In this document: positions 1 through 9,712 of the stretch, one piece after another
How the letters are laid out: each line of letters begins with the position of its first letter
Numbering within the stretch: position 1 is the stretch's first letter
Assembly: GCA_037140955.1 (NCBI GenBank)
Contig: JBAXDL010000002.1
Coordinates: 28,176 to 92,175, forward strand
From: a bacterium
Lineage (GTDB): Bacteria > Patescibacteriota > Minisyncoccia > Moranbacterales > GWC2-37-73
Direction: 5' to 3'
Length of the DNA stretch: 64,000 nt
Translations under genes and position numbers: made by a program
The notes under the pieces: model-generated
What the model was told of the DNA's origin: nothing
Databases searched by the model: none
What the model saw: only the letters and a program-made list of their open reading frames with translations

Positions 1-2
1 AG

Positions 3-2720
3 GTTGTTGATCAATTAAAGCTTATCGATGGAACTTCAAAAGTAAGTGTGCTTGGAGACAAATTGAACAATTTGCAAATAGAACTGGATACAGAAAAAAT
101 AGCCACCAATCATTTGTCTGTTTCTGATGTCATTGGAGCTTTGCAAACAGCAAATGGAATCTATAGCACTGAAACACTAAAAAATAGAAGCGACAAAGAA
201 ATAATAAAAATCAATGGAAGCATCTCATCAATTAATGATGCAGAAAACATTGTCATCTTGCCAAACCAAAACAATCCGACACTGCTCAAAGATGTTGCAA
301 CAATCTCCTTTGGTCCTGGAGAAATAACCAGCAATGTCCATTACACCCAGAAAAAATCCACCCCAAAAGAAGTGGCCTATGTCACAATTGCAAAAATAAA
401 AGGTGCCAACATCAGTTCTGTTGCCAGCGTCATCACGGAAAAATTAGACATCATTAAAAAGCAAAAAGAATTTTCAAATATTGATTTTTCAGTTTTGCGA
501 GATGATGGACAAACAGCACATGAAGAAATTTCGACTCTCACCAAGCATTTAATTTTTTCCATTTTAATTGTGGTGATAATCTTGATGGCTTTTCTTGGCA
601 TGAGAAATTCATTGATCGTGGCCATTTCAATCCCACTGACATTGCTCACCTCTTTTGGCATTGGGCTTTTGGCTGGACAAACAGTCAACCGCATCACACT
701 TTTTGCTTTGATTTTGGCACTAGGACTTTTGGTTGATGATGCCATTGTTATTATTGAAAATGTGCATCGCACCATCAAAAACAATCCTGGCAAGGAAAAA
801 TCAGCATTGATAATTCAAGCAGTGGATGAAGTTGGCATGGGCGTGTTCATGTCGACAATCACAATTTTATTGGCTTTTATTCCAATGGCATTTGTGAGTG
901 GCATGATGGGACCATACATGAGTCCAATTCCATTTTTTGTTTCAGTCACCCTGTTGGTCTCCTTGTTTATTGCCTTTACTATAAATCCAGCTCTGACAGG
1001 ATTTTTCAGCACGCATGAAACTGAAGAAAAAGAAAATATTTTTGTGAAAACAATTCACAAAATTGAAAATGCCTATGCAAAATTAATCGGAAAATTAACC
1101 CAAGACAAACGAAAGAAAAACCTTGTACTAATCAGCGCTGCGGTTTTGCTGTTTATTTCTCTTTTGTTGCCACTGTTTAAAATTGTGCAATTTCGCATGC
1201 TACCAAAGGCCAACAAAGAGCAATTCTATATCTATCTTGATATGCCATCCTACATGACATATGACACAACAAACAAAGTTGCCAATGAACTTGAAAAAAG
1301 CGCGCTGGACTATGGCGAAGTTACCAGTGTTGAAAGTTTCGTTGCCACCGCACCAATTTCAGATTTCAATGGTCTTTTCAAAGGAAGCTTCATGCGCTCA
1401 GGCGAAAATCAAGCAACTTTGAAAATAAACCTCACACCAAAAAATCAGCGCAAGCAAACATCAGAACAAATTGCCATGATTCTCAGAGAAAAACTTTCCA
1501 AGGATGTTCTGACAAATGAACCTGATGCAAAAATAACAATAGTTGAAGATCCACCAGGACCACCAGTGCGCAGCACTTTCTTTTTGAAAGTTCAAGGCAA
1601 TGATCAGCAACTGCTAGATGCAACCGCCAAAGATTTGGAACAATTTGCCAAAAACATTCCTGGCATTGTTGATTTGAGAACAACCAGCGCGCAAAGATCA
1701 GTGGAAAAACAATATTCTATCGATTTTGAAAAAGCTGGAAGACTAGGAATTCAGGCGCAAGCAATAATTGAAACATTGCACATCTCCGTTTCAGGCTTTA
1801 ACGTTGCTCGATATTCAGCTGCGATGAACGACGGCGGGCGTCAAACTGAGCAGCAATTTGCCATCGTGCGCATGCGCAAGGATGATCGACAAGACATCAA
1901 CAATCTTGCAAATATTACCATCAAAAGTTCCAATGGAAACACTGTGCCAATTTCCGAGCTTTTGATTGAACAACCACTTTCAAAAGTCAGTGAAATTGCC
2001 ACTGACTCAAGACAGCAAGTCACCTATGTCAGCGGAGAAATGGGAGCGCGCAGCGTGATGTATGCAGTTTTTGATTTGTTTCCAAAACTTTTCAAGTATA
2101 AACTCAGTGACGGAACTGGACATATTGCTTCTTGGTCGCCACTTGGTGTTACCTTGGAAAATTCAGCAGGCCAACAAGTTGAAATCAAAATTGATGGCGA
2201 ATGGAAATTAACCCTAGAAATTTTCAGAGATCTAGGCATTGCCATGGGAATAGCATTATTACTGATCTATTTCGTGCTTGTCATTCAACTAAAGTCAATC
2301 ATAACCCCCCTATTAATCATGGCAACAATTCCACTAGCGATGATTGGAGTGCTGGGTGGATTTGCTATTTTAGCAGCAACCAAGGGGACATATTTCAATG
2401 CCACTTCCATGATTGGAGTTATCGCTCTTTCAGGAATTGTGGTTAAAAATGCCATCATATATCTTGCTTATCTTGATGAGCTCAAGGAGCGCAAAATGGC
2501 ACTTACCGAGGCATTGATGGAAACTGGACGCGTAAGATTGCTCCCAATACTTTTGACCTCTATGACAGCCATTCTTGGCTCAATGACAATCATTGCTGAT
2601 CCTGTTTGGGAAGGACTTGCTTGGGCTATTATTTTCGGACTTTCTGTTTCAACCATTTTAACCCTAATCATTTTCCCATTGCTCTATCAAACATTTGAAA
2701 GCAAAAAGTGGGAGAAATAA
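3..2720 (+). CDS. RND efflux transporter permease (AcrB/AcrD/AcrF family), 5' end outside window
   Basis: LGLLVDDAIVIIENV, GIVVKNAI and GRVRLLPILLTS motifs; the frame is open to the window edge. Confidence 0.93.
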   Translation, partial: VVDQLKLIDGTSKVSVLGDKLNNLQIELDTEKIATNHLSVSDVIGALQTANGIYSTETLKNRSDKEIIKINGSISSINDAENIVILPNQNNPTLLKDVATISFGPGEITSNVHYTQKKSTPKEVAYVTIAKIKGANISSVASVITEKLDIIKKQKEFSNIDFSVLRDDGQTAHEEISTLTKHLIFSILIVVIILMAFLGMRNSLIVAISIPLTLLTSFGIGLLAGQTVNRITLFALILALGLLVDDAIVIIENVHRTIKNNPGKEKSALIIQAVDEVGMGVFMSTITILLAFIPMAFVSGMMGPYMSPIPFFVSVTLLVSLFIAFTINPALTGFFSTHETEEKENIFVKTIHKIENAYAKLIGKLTQDKRKKNLVLISAAVLLFISLLLPLFKIVQFRMLPKANKEQFYIYLDMPSYMTYDTTNKVANELEKSALDYGEVTSVESFVATAPISDFNGLFKGSFMRSGENQATLKINLTPKNQRKQTSEQIAMILREKLSKDVLTNEPDAKITIVEDPPGPPVRSTFFLKVQGNDQQLLDATAKDLEQFAKNIPGIVDLRTTSAQRSVEKQYSIDFEKAGRLGIQAQAIIETLHISVSGFNVARYSAAMNDGGRQTEQQFAIVRMRKDDRQDINNLANITIKSSNGNTVPISELLIEQPLSKVSEIATDSRQQVTYVSGEMGARSVMYAVFDLFPKLFKYKLSDGTGHIASWSPLGVTLENSAGQQVEIKIDGEWKLTLEIFRDLGIAMGIALLLIYFVLVIQLKSIITPLLIMATIPLAMIGVLGGFAILAATKGTYFNATSMIGVIALSGIVVKNAIIYLAYLDELKERKMALTEALMETGRVRLLPILLTSMTAILGSMTIIADPVWEGLAWAIIFGLSVSTILTLIIFPLLYQTFESKKWEK

Positions 2721-2734
2721 AATTCACGCTCAAC

Positions 2735-2775
2735 AAAAAAACGCCATAAAACTTGTAATCAGTGGCGTTTTTTTT
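2735..2775 (+). terminator. Intrinsic terminator after RND permease
   Basis: ACGCCA/TGGCGT stem followed by a T run. Confidence 0.6.
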
Positions 2776-2797
2776 GTTTTTCAGATAAACTAATATT

Positions 2798-3832
2798 ATG
2801 AAATACAAGCTATATACAACTTCCTTCAAAGCTTGGGATGCCATGATTGAGGCAATCGATGGAGCATCAAAATCAATATACCTTGAAATGTATATTTTTG
2901 AACGCGACACCACTTCAAGTCATGACTTCATTGGCAAGCTGAAACAAAAAGCCCGTGATGGTGTGCGAGTCGTGATTGTGGCTGATGCCTATGGCAGCAA
3001 GAACCTGAAAAATGAATTGGCAAAATCAATGCAAGCAGCTGGCATTGAGCTTATTTTTTTTAGTCATTGGCTGCGGCACATTCACAGAAAAATATTAATC
3101 GTCGACAAAAAAATAGCCTTTGTGGGTGGGGTCAATATTGGCAAGGAATTTGCTCACTGGGATGATTTGCAACTTCGCATGAAAGGTGGAATTGTCAAAA
3201 GAATCTTGAAATCATTTGCCTATACCTATGAAATGGCTGGCGGAAAAGATCACAAAATTTTGCACTTGAAAAATGGAAAATTCACAGCAAAATTAAAATT
3301 TTTGATCATGGAGCATTGGCCAACCAAAAACATTCATACCCTGAAAAGTCATTACATCGAAAAAATTTCTAACGCCAAAAAAAGTATTCAAATTGCAACT
3401 CCATATTTCACTCCGCCACGCTGGCTCAGCTCCCTGCTCGACAGTGCCGCCAGCAGAGGCGTCGCAATTGAAATTCTCATTCCAAGCGATGTTGATTTAA
3501 AAATAATGAACAATGTGAACCGCCACTACATGAACAAATTGAATCCCTCGGGAGTAAAGTTTTATTTGTCAAAAAAAATGAATCATGCCAAGCTTCTTAT
3601 TGTTGATCATGAAGAAGGATTGATTGGTTCGCAAAACATTGACCTTGCTTCCTTTCAATTGAACTCTGAAGTAGGGATATTTTTTAAAGAAAAAAAATTG
3701 CTAACAGAACTGGAAACAACCATCAAAAAATGGAAACAGAATTCAGAAATATTCAAACCACAAAAACACAAAATGCGATTTATTGACTATGTCATCCTGG
3801 CCCTGTCAAAAATATTATATCCAATATTATAG
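2798..3832 (+). CDS. Phospholipase D family / cardiolipin synthase-like
   Basis: Two HKD motifs (HRKILIVD, HAKLLIVD), GGVNIG and TPYF. Confidence 0.88.
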   Translation: MKYKLYTTSFKAWDAMIEAIDGASKSIYLEMYIFERDTTSSHDFIGKLKQKARDGVRVVIVADAYGSKNLKNELAKSMQAAGIELIFFSHWLRHIHRKILIVDKKIAFVGGVNIGKEFAHWDDLQLRMKGGIVKRILKSFAYTYEMAGGKDHKILHLKNGKFTAKLKFLIMEHWPTKNIHTLKSHYIEKISNAKKSIQIATPYFTPPRWLSSLLDSAASRGVAIEILIPSDVDLKIMNNVNRHYMNKLNPSGVKFYLSKKMNHAKLLIVDHEEGLIGSQNIDLASFQLNSEVGIFFKEKKLLTELETTIKKWKQNSEIFKPQKHKMRFIDYVILALSKILYPIL

Positions 3833-3886
3833 CCACAAAAAAGAGCACCCTCCAAAGACACACAGATAATTCAGAAATACTATAGA

Positions 3887-4005
3887 ATTTTTTTGTGAAA
3901 CCTATTTCTTATGAAGCAACAGCAAGCGAGAGCGAGCTCTTAGCGAAGCAGTTATAGTTCCCAACTGCAAGCGTGCTGAAAAAGAAATAGCGTGAACAGA
4001 AAAAT
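3887..4005 (+). ncRNA. Putative structured RNA / palindromic element upstream of GHKL ATPase
   Basis: CTATTTCTT(3902)/AAGAAATAG(3982) outer stem, inner AGAGC/GCTCT and GCAGTT/AACTGC stems, symmetric GAA internal loops. Confidence 0.4.
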
Positions 4006-4014
4006 ATCACTACT

Positions 4015-5262
4015 ATGCCAAAAATTCAAATTACCGCCAAGGGTATCAGAGCTGCACTAAAAAAATATACACCATATCAATCACTAACAGAATACATCTG
4101 GAATGGTTTTGACGCTCAAGCATCAACCATTGAAATAAACTATATCGCCAACGAATTGGGAGGAATCGAATCAATTTCAATCAGTGATAATGGCTATGGC
4201 ATTCCACATGAAAAATTGCAAGATAAATTTGAACCAGTTTTTGAATCAAAAAAAGCCCTCGAAAACAAACTCAAAAAAAATCTCTCAGCTATTCATGGAA
4301 AAAACGGAATTGGACGATTGACCTTTTTCACTTTTGCCAGAAATTCATCATGGAAAACAACATATTCCAGCGGCCAAGAAAATTTGACCTATGAAATATA
4401 TGCCAACGCTGAAAACATCAACCTATACACCGGCATCAACGCCACACCAAAAAAGACCACCGAGCAAACCGGCACAACAACAACATTTTCTGGAATTTTT
4501 GGATTGACAGCCTCTCAACTTGAAGAAAAATTTCAAGAATATTTGCTCAAAGAATTTGCCTGGTTTTTGGCACTCAACAAAAAGCGCAATTTTTCAATTC
4601 TAATCAACGGCATTGCTATTGATTTCAAAAATATTGTTGCCGACAGTGAACAATTTGAAATATTGCATCCAGACACACAAACCTTGTTTGAAGTTTCATA
4701 CATCAGATGGGAACAAAGACTCAACAATGAACCATCACGCTATTATTACATGAACGCACAGCATCAGGAGCGCTGGAAAGAGCCAACCGCCATCAAGAAC
4801 AAGGGTGAGCAATTTTATCACAGCCTTTTTGTCGAAAGTTCATATTTTGACTCTTTTGGATTTCAAAGTTCTTCGATTCAAACTCAAGATGCTCTCATTG
4901 TTGGAACCAGGAGCGATTCGCAATTTCGATTCTTGCGAAGAAAATTGGCAAACACTTTGCGCATCAAAAGAAGACCATTTCTCAAGGGTTTTGCTGAGCA
5001 ACTCTTGCTTGAATATGAGCAAAAAAATATTCTTCCAGTTGATGCCAAAGAAAATCTAAAACAAACAATCAGGATTTTATACGAAATGCAACCAAAAATT
5101 TTCAATTCGCTGAATCTTGAACAGAAAAAAATATTAGTCGGCTTGCTTGGAGCGCTCCTTGAAAGCAACAAAAATGAAGCCATTGCAGGACTTCTTGGCG
5201 GAATCATTGAGCTTACCGCTGATGAACAAGCAGAACTTGCCCAACTATTGTTGCCGGTATAG
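4015..5262 (+). CDS. GHKL (HSP90/MORC-like) ATPase
   Basis: Bergerat-fold motifs EYIWNGFDA, DNGYGI, GKNGIGR, GTTT. Confidence 0.82.
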   Translation: MPKIQITAKGIRAALKKYTPYQSLTEYIWNGFDAQASTIEINYIANELGGIESISISDNGYGIPHEKLQDKFEPVFESKKALENKLKKNLSAIHGKNGIGRLTFFTFARNSSWKTTYSSGQENLTYEIYANAENINLYTGINATPKKTTEQTGTTTTFSGIFGLTASQLEEKFQEYLLKEFAWFLALNKKRNFSILINGIAIDFKNIVADSEQFEILHPDTQTLFEVSYIRWEQRLNNEPSRYYYMNAQHQERWKEPTAIKNKGEQFYHSLFVESSYFDSFGFQSSSIQTQDALIVGTRSDSQFRFLRRKLANTLRIKRRPFLKGFAEQLLLEYEQKNILPVDAKENLKQTIRILYEMQPKIFNSLNLEQKKILVGLLGALLESNKNEAIAGLLGGIIELTADEQAELAQLLLPV

Positions 5263-5313
5263 GAAAAATGAATAACAAAAGACCGCACAGTTTTAACTAT
5301 GCGGCCAACTTTT

Positions 5314-6126
5314 TTAAGCCACTCTTGGAGGGCGAGGTCGTATTAATTTGAAGAAATTTTCCCTTGCTTCGTTTTCAAGCAATATAATATTTGCTTTTTC
5401 AAAACCAGCTTTTTTTATTTTACTCTTAAGATTCATGCTTAATCGAAAATTAATGCGAGATTCATCGCGACCAACCCTATTAAGAATAAATTGCCCCATT
5501 TTCATAGCATCAACAATTACTATTGATTCTCCATCAATACAACAGTACTGAGATCCTTTGTCGTTGCGAATGATGCAAATAAAAATTTGCCTCCTATCCC
5601 CCCTACCAAAAATTTTCTTCTTGAAATTAAAGACTGGGTATTGATAGCATAGGATTCCAATAATCAAAAGCACGCCAAGAAGAACCATGATAATCATTTT
5701 ATTTTCCAATTTTCTCTCCTCATTTCCCTGTTTGTGTTGCAATGCATTAACAATGTCAACCTTCTCAATCTTGGTTGCCTCTGTGATTATTTTCTCCTGC
5801 TCCATGGCGGCCAAGACCTCTTCCTTTGAACTTATCCTTGCAGCAACCTTTTTTTTCTCGACAGGTTTTTCAATGACATTCTCAACAATCTTTTTGCCTG
5901 GTGGTATTTCCATTTTTTGACCAGGGAAAATAAGATTTGGATTATTCTTATCTTTCAATCTCTCTTTGTTGAGCTTAATAATAACTTCATGCGAAATGTT
6001 GTAGCGCTTTGCCAATTTCCAGAAGTTATCACCTTTTTTAACAACAATTTCAATGTTTTCAGCAAAAGACATTTCAGCAAAAGACAGACCAAGCATCATC
6101 ACGGCAAACAAGACAAAAATTCTCAT
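5314..6126 (-). CDS. LysM-domain secreted/membrane protein
   Basis: Signal peptide, VVKKGDNFWKLAKRY...NPNLIFPGQKMEIP LysM domain, later TM helix. Confidence 0.8.
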   Translation of the reverse strand: MRIFVLFAVMMLGLSFAEMSFAENIEIVVKKGDNFWKLAKRYNISHEVIIKLNKERLKDKNNPNLIFPGQKMEIPPGKKIVENVIEKPVEKKKVAARISSKEEVLAAMEQEKIITEATKIEKVDIVNALQHKQGNEERKLENKMIIMVLLGVLLIIGILCYQYPVFNFKKKIFGRGDRRQIFICIIRNDKGSQYCCIDGESIVIVDAMKMGQFILNRVGRDESRINFRLSMNLKSKIKKAGFEKANIILLENEARENFFKLIRPRPPRVA

Positions 6127-6249
6127 AACATCCCCCTTTTTATTAGCAAGATCATTGCTTTTTGGTATTAACTTGTCAAAAAACCATAGCCATTAGTACT
6201 TCTTTTGGTACCCATAAGTTAAACACACAAACACCAAGCAGTCAAGCAC

Positions 6250-6276
6250 AAAAAAAGACCCCCATTGGAGGTCTTT
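6250..6276 (-). terminator. Terminator after rplL
   Basis: AAAGACC/GGTCTTT stem with A run on + (U run on -). Confidence 0.6.
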
Positions 6277-6303
6277 CGTTGTTTTTTGAAATATTCTAAC
6301 TGA

Positions 6304-6702
6304 CTATTTCAATACTACAGTTGCACCAGCTTCTTCAAGTTTCTTTTTAACTTCTTCAGCTTGAGCCTTAGCAATCTTCTCTTTGATCACTTTTGGAGCT
6401 GCATCAACCAAGTCTTTTGCTTCCTTAAGTCCAAGACCAGTGATTTCGCGAACAGCTTTAATAACGTTGATTTTTTGAGCACCAGCAGATGTCAATTCAA
6501 CATCGAAATCAGATTTTTCTTCAACAGCTTCTGCAGCAGCAGGAGCAGCTCCCATCATCATTGGAGCAGCAGCTGAAACACCAAATTTTTCTTCAAGAAC
6601 CTTCACAAGTTCAGAAAGATCCAAAACACTCATCTTCTCAATTTCTGCAACAAGTTTTTCAAATTTTGCAGGAACCACAACGTCCTTTTTTTCTTCAGTC
6701 AT
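6304..6702 (-). CDS. rplL: 50S ribosomal protein L7/L12
   Basis: [34 protein letters not shown]. Confidence 0.98.
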   Translation of the reverse strand: MTEEKKDVVVPAKFEKLVAEIEKMSVLDLSELVKVLEEKFGVSAAAPMMMGAAPAAAEAVEEKSDFDVELTSAGAQKINVIKAVREITGLGLKEAKDLVDAAPKVIKEKIAKAQAEEVKKKLEEAGATVVLK

Positions 6703-6813
6703 ATTTTTAGTCTTTAGTTTTCAGCTTCACTCTTTTACAGTAAAGACAAAAACTAAAATACACTTATTATTTATAAATTAACCCAAGAGCCAAATAGCAA
6801 AAGCTATCAAACC

Positions 6814-7335
6814 CTACGCTTTTTGCTCTTTTACAGCATTAAGCACCTGTACCAAACCTCTCAAATTGCCAGCCAAAACATTGACGAAACCTGAAATTGG
6901 AGCATTCAATGTTCCAACAAGTTGTCCAAGCAACTGTTCCTTTGAAGGAATCTTTGCAAGGGCTTTAACTTCAGCCGCGCTCATGATTTGTGTTCCAAGA
7001 ACACCGCCAAGCATTTTGATGTTTTCATTGGTCTTAGCAAAAGTATCAATGATTTTGGCCCCAGCAACTTCGTCAACATTTGACAATGAAACAGCAACCT
7101 GACCTTCCATACCTTTGATGCTCACTCCTTCGATTCCTGCATTTTTCAGTGCAATGTCCAAAAGAGTTTTGCGAACAACGAAATATCCAACACCCTCAGC
7201 TCTCAATGATTTTTTAAGTTCAGTTAAGTCCTTAACTTTCAAACCCTTAAAATCAACGAAAACCAAAGATTTTGCTAGCTTGATTTTATCTGTAAGCTCT
7301 TTTACAAGCTCAATTTTTTGATTCTTTGTAAGCAT
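6814..7335 (-). CDS. rplJ: 50S ribosomal protein L10
   Basis: DFKGLKV, VVRKTLL, LAKIPSKEQL; directly upstream of rplL. Confidence 0.96.
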   Translation of the reverse strand: MLTKNQKIELVKELTDKIKLAKSLVFVDFKGLKVKDLTELKKSLRAEGVGYFVVRKTLLDIALKNAGIEGVSIKGMEGQVAVSLSNVDEVAGAKIIDTFAKTNENIKMLGGVLGTQIMSAAEVKALAKIPSKEQLLGQLVGTLNAPISGFVNVLAGNLRGLVQVLNAVKEQKA

Positions 7336-7394
7336 TTGCTTTGCATTCTACTAATTACAAATTTAATTGAAAATTTTGTAACCTCGTAGGAATT

Positions 7395-7515
7395 AAAAAA
7401 ATCTGCGTTTCCGCAGATCGACCTTTGAAACCACAGAAACATTCAAAATCAAATGTTCCCATAGCTCCTCGATAGGACTTATTGCTTTTGCAAGCTGCCT
7501 ACTGTCTGCGGACAC
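7395..7515 (-). promoter_or_regulatory. L10 leader RNA with attenuator-like terminator
   Basis: Minus strand CCGCAGACAGUAGG...UAAGUCCUAUCGAGG resembles the L10-leader consensus; followed by the AUCUGCG-GAAA-CGCAGAU-U6 hairpin before rplJ. Confidence 0.8.
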
Positions 7516-7546
7516 TATTTCTATTTAAATTTCCCAATACTCTAAT

Positions 7547-7885
7547 TTATTCAGCCTTCTTTTCTGCAGCAGCAGGTGCGGCAACTTCAGCTTTTGCTTC
7601 TTCCACAACTGGAGCAGCTGGTTTTTCCATCTTGACCTGACGCTTCTTTCCTTCAATCACACCTTCTTTAATGAAAAGATTGTATGCACTGTTAGAAACT
7701 TGCGCTCCTTTTGCAATCCATTCTCTAATCTTATCAGCCTTAAGAACAGCAATTTTTTGATGTGGGTCATAGCTTCCAAGAACTGCAACATGTCCACCAG
7801 TAGGGGCTGCTGTGTGCTGTTGAAGCACTACTCGAAATTGAGCTCTGTTTTTTCGTCCAACGCGTGAGAATCTAATAGTCAACAT
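7547..7885 (-). CDS. rpsP: 30S ribosomal protein S16
   Basis: MLTIRFSRVGRK, LGSYDP, WIAKGAQVS. Confidence 0.96.
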   Translation of the reverse strand: MLTIRFSRVGRKNRAQFRVVLQQHTAAPTGGHVAVLGSYDPHQKIAVLKADKIREWIAKGAQVSNSAYNLFIKEGVIEGKKRQVKMEKPAAPVVEEAKAEVAAPAAAEKKAE

Positions 7886-8084
7886 AATTTCCGTCTTTAT
7901 TACAATTAATTACCAGGTATTCAAAAATCCCTGTTTTTAGCCAAAATTAGGCCTTTTTTTAGTACCTATCTAGTATACCCCTCTTGACGAATTTGTCAAT
8001 AGTTTGCTAGTCAACATCCCCCATTTGCTGAAATTTCAATGCTTATAGTAAAATTTCATCATTTGCAAAAAATATAATAAAAAC

Positions 8085-8110
8085 AAAAACCCTGCCGAAG
8101 CAGGGTTTTT
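8085..8110 (-). terminator. Terminator after HU gene
   Basis: AAAAACCCTG-CCGAAG-CAGGGTTTTT. Confidence 0.75.
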
Positions 8111-8132
8111 GAAAAGTTGAAAACTTCTAAAA

Positions 8133-8414
8133 TTACAATACTGCTTCTTTAGCAGCTTTTGCAAGACGGAATTTAACAACAGTCTTTGCAGCAATTTTGA
8201 TTTTTTCTCCAGTTGCAGGGTTCACTCCCATACGAGCCTTTCTTTTTGCTTTAACCATTTTACCAAATCCAGGAAGAACGAATTCTCCAGTCTTCTTTAC
8301 TTCTTTGTATGCAATTGCAACCAATTCATCAAAGAATCCAGTTACTTCTTTTTTTGCCAAGCCTGTTTTTTCAGACAAGACTGTCACTAGTTGTGACTTT
8401 GTCATTTTTGCCAT
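8133..8414 (-). CDS. hup: HU family DNA-binding protein
   Basis: LPGFGKM, RKARMGVNPATGEKIKIAAK. Confidence 0.95.
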   Translation of the reverse strand: MAKMTKSQLVTVLSEKTGLAKKEVTGFFDELVAIAYKEVKKTGEFVLPGFGKMVKAKRKARMGVNPATGEKIKIAAKTVVKFRLAKAAKEAVL

Positions 8415-8597
8415 TGTGTTTTTTTTCATTTCTAATCCAGCAATAATGCTAGTTTAAAAACAAATTATTTATTATTTATTTATCATTATGCATGTTGACT
8501 CATGCATGTCATCATTATACACCATTATTAAAAGGTTTGACAATAGGCAATTTGATTTTTGTCAATGGTCATGGTGTGTGCATTTGATTTTTAAAAT

Positions 8598-9515
8598 TTA
8601 CTTGACGTTTATTGGCGCAATATCAACTTTTTTCAGAACTGTGCGAGCAAAACAAAAATTTCCAGCATCATGTTTCCATTCATTTGTGTATTGAAAATAT
8701 TGTGGAGCAACATCATTCAAACTTGAACGCAAAAATGTTGCGCATAATTTGTATGATTTTTCATCTTCTATTTTATATTCAATATCTTTCAAGTTTCCAG
8801 TACCATATGAAAATTTTGTTGTCTGCAAATCATCCAATTTTGCTGGCAATTTTTCAGACTCACCAAAATAGCTTTGGATTGAATTGTCGATTGACTGAAT
8901 GGTGTCGATTGACTGCTGGTCAAGCTTCTTTTGCCTTGCCACATTTGGAGAGTCAATAATGAAAAAAGCCGCAATAAATGTCACACCAAGCACTAGCATG
9001 CAAACAATCATGGCATTTTTATTGATATTTGAAACATCCTCAGTTCTACGCATATCCCAGAAGTAATATCCAAAAATTCCGCCAGCAATCAAAAGAATCA
9101 CCAAAACTTTCAACAAAAAGCTGGAAGTAAAATCACCACCAAGAAAATTGACCACCAAGGTGATGAGATCGCCAATGATTGTTGCTGATGCAAAAAACAA
9201 AACAATATAGGTCAACCATTTTCTAATTTTTGACTCCAATGAAATCCTTCCAGCATTAATTCTTGCAACGATTATCCTTGAAACAAAAAGGAAGATGGGT
9301 CCAGCAATGAAGAGTGCTGCAATACCAAATTTCACAGACTCCTGAGAAAATGACTGATACAAAAGTCCCTCAGTGTCAGTCACAAATTTATCAACAAAAC
9401 CAAACAAAATAGAACCTTCACCAATAGAAACAAATGCCAGCGACAAAAAAGTCACCAAATAAAGAAAGAAATCCTGCGCGCTACTGTCTTGTTTTACTGA
9501 AATTTCATTTTCCAT
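8598..9515 (-). CDS. Multi-pass membrane protein (DUF5671-like, CPR-type)
   Basis: DFFLYLVTFLSL, IRKWLTYIVLF, YKLCATF, WKHDAGNFCF pattern; ~5 TM helices. Confidence 0.65.
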   Translation of the reverse strand: MENEISVKQDSSAQDFFLYLVTFLSLAFVSIGEGSILFGFVDKFVTDTEGLLYQSFSQESVKFGIAALFIAGPIFLFVSRIIVARINAGRISLESKIRKWLTYIVLFFASATIIGDLITLVVNFLGGDFTSSFLLKVLVILLIAGGIFGYYFWDMRRTEDVSNINKNAMIVCMLVLGVTFIAAFFIIDSPNVARQKKLDQQSIDTIQSIDNSIQSYFGESEKLPAKLDDLQTTKFSYGTGNLKDIEYKIEDEKSYKLCATFLRSSLNDVAPQYFQYTNEWKHDAGNFCFARTVLKKVDIAPINVK

Positions 9516-9712
9516 ATCGGATAGTAGAAATTCAAATGGCCTTTGGCCAATATGAATCTCCTTAGTTATGTATTTTTTAATTTTAATTATATCCTACATT
9601 TATCTATACTTTTTCTATTTTTTTGAATTTTCACTATCCGACATAATTTTTAAATTTAAAATTTTATTTGAATTATTAAAGTAATACAAAAAATGAGACA
9701 GAATGTCTCATT

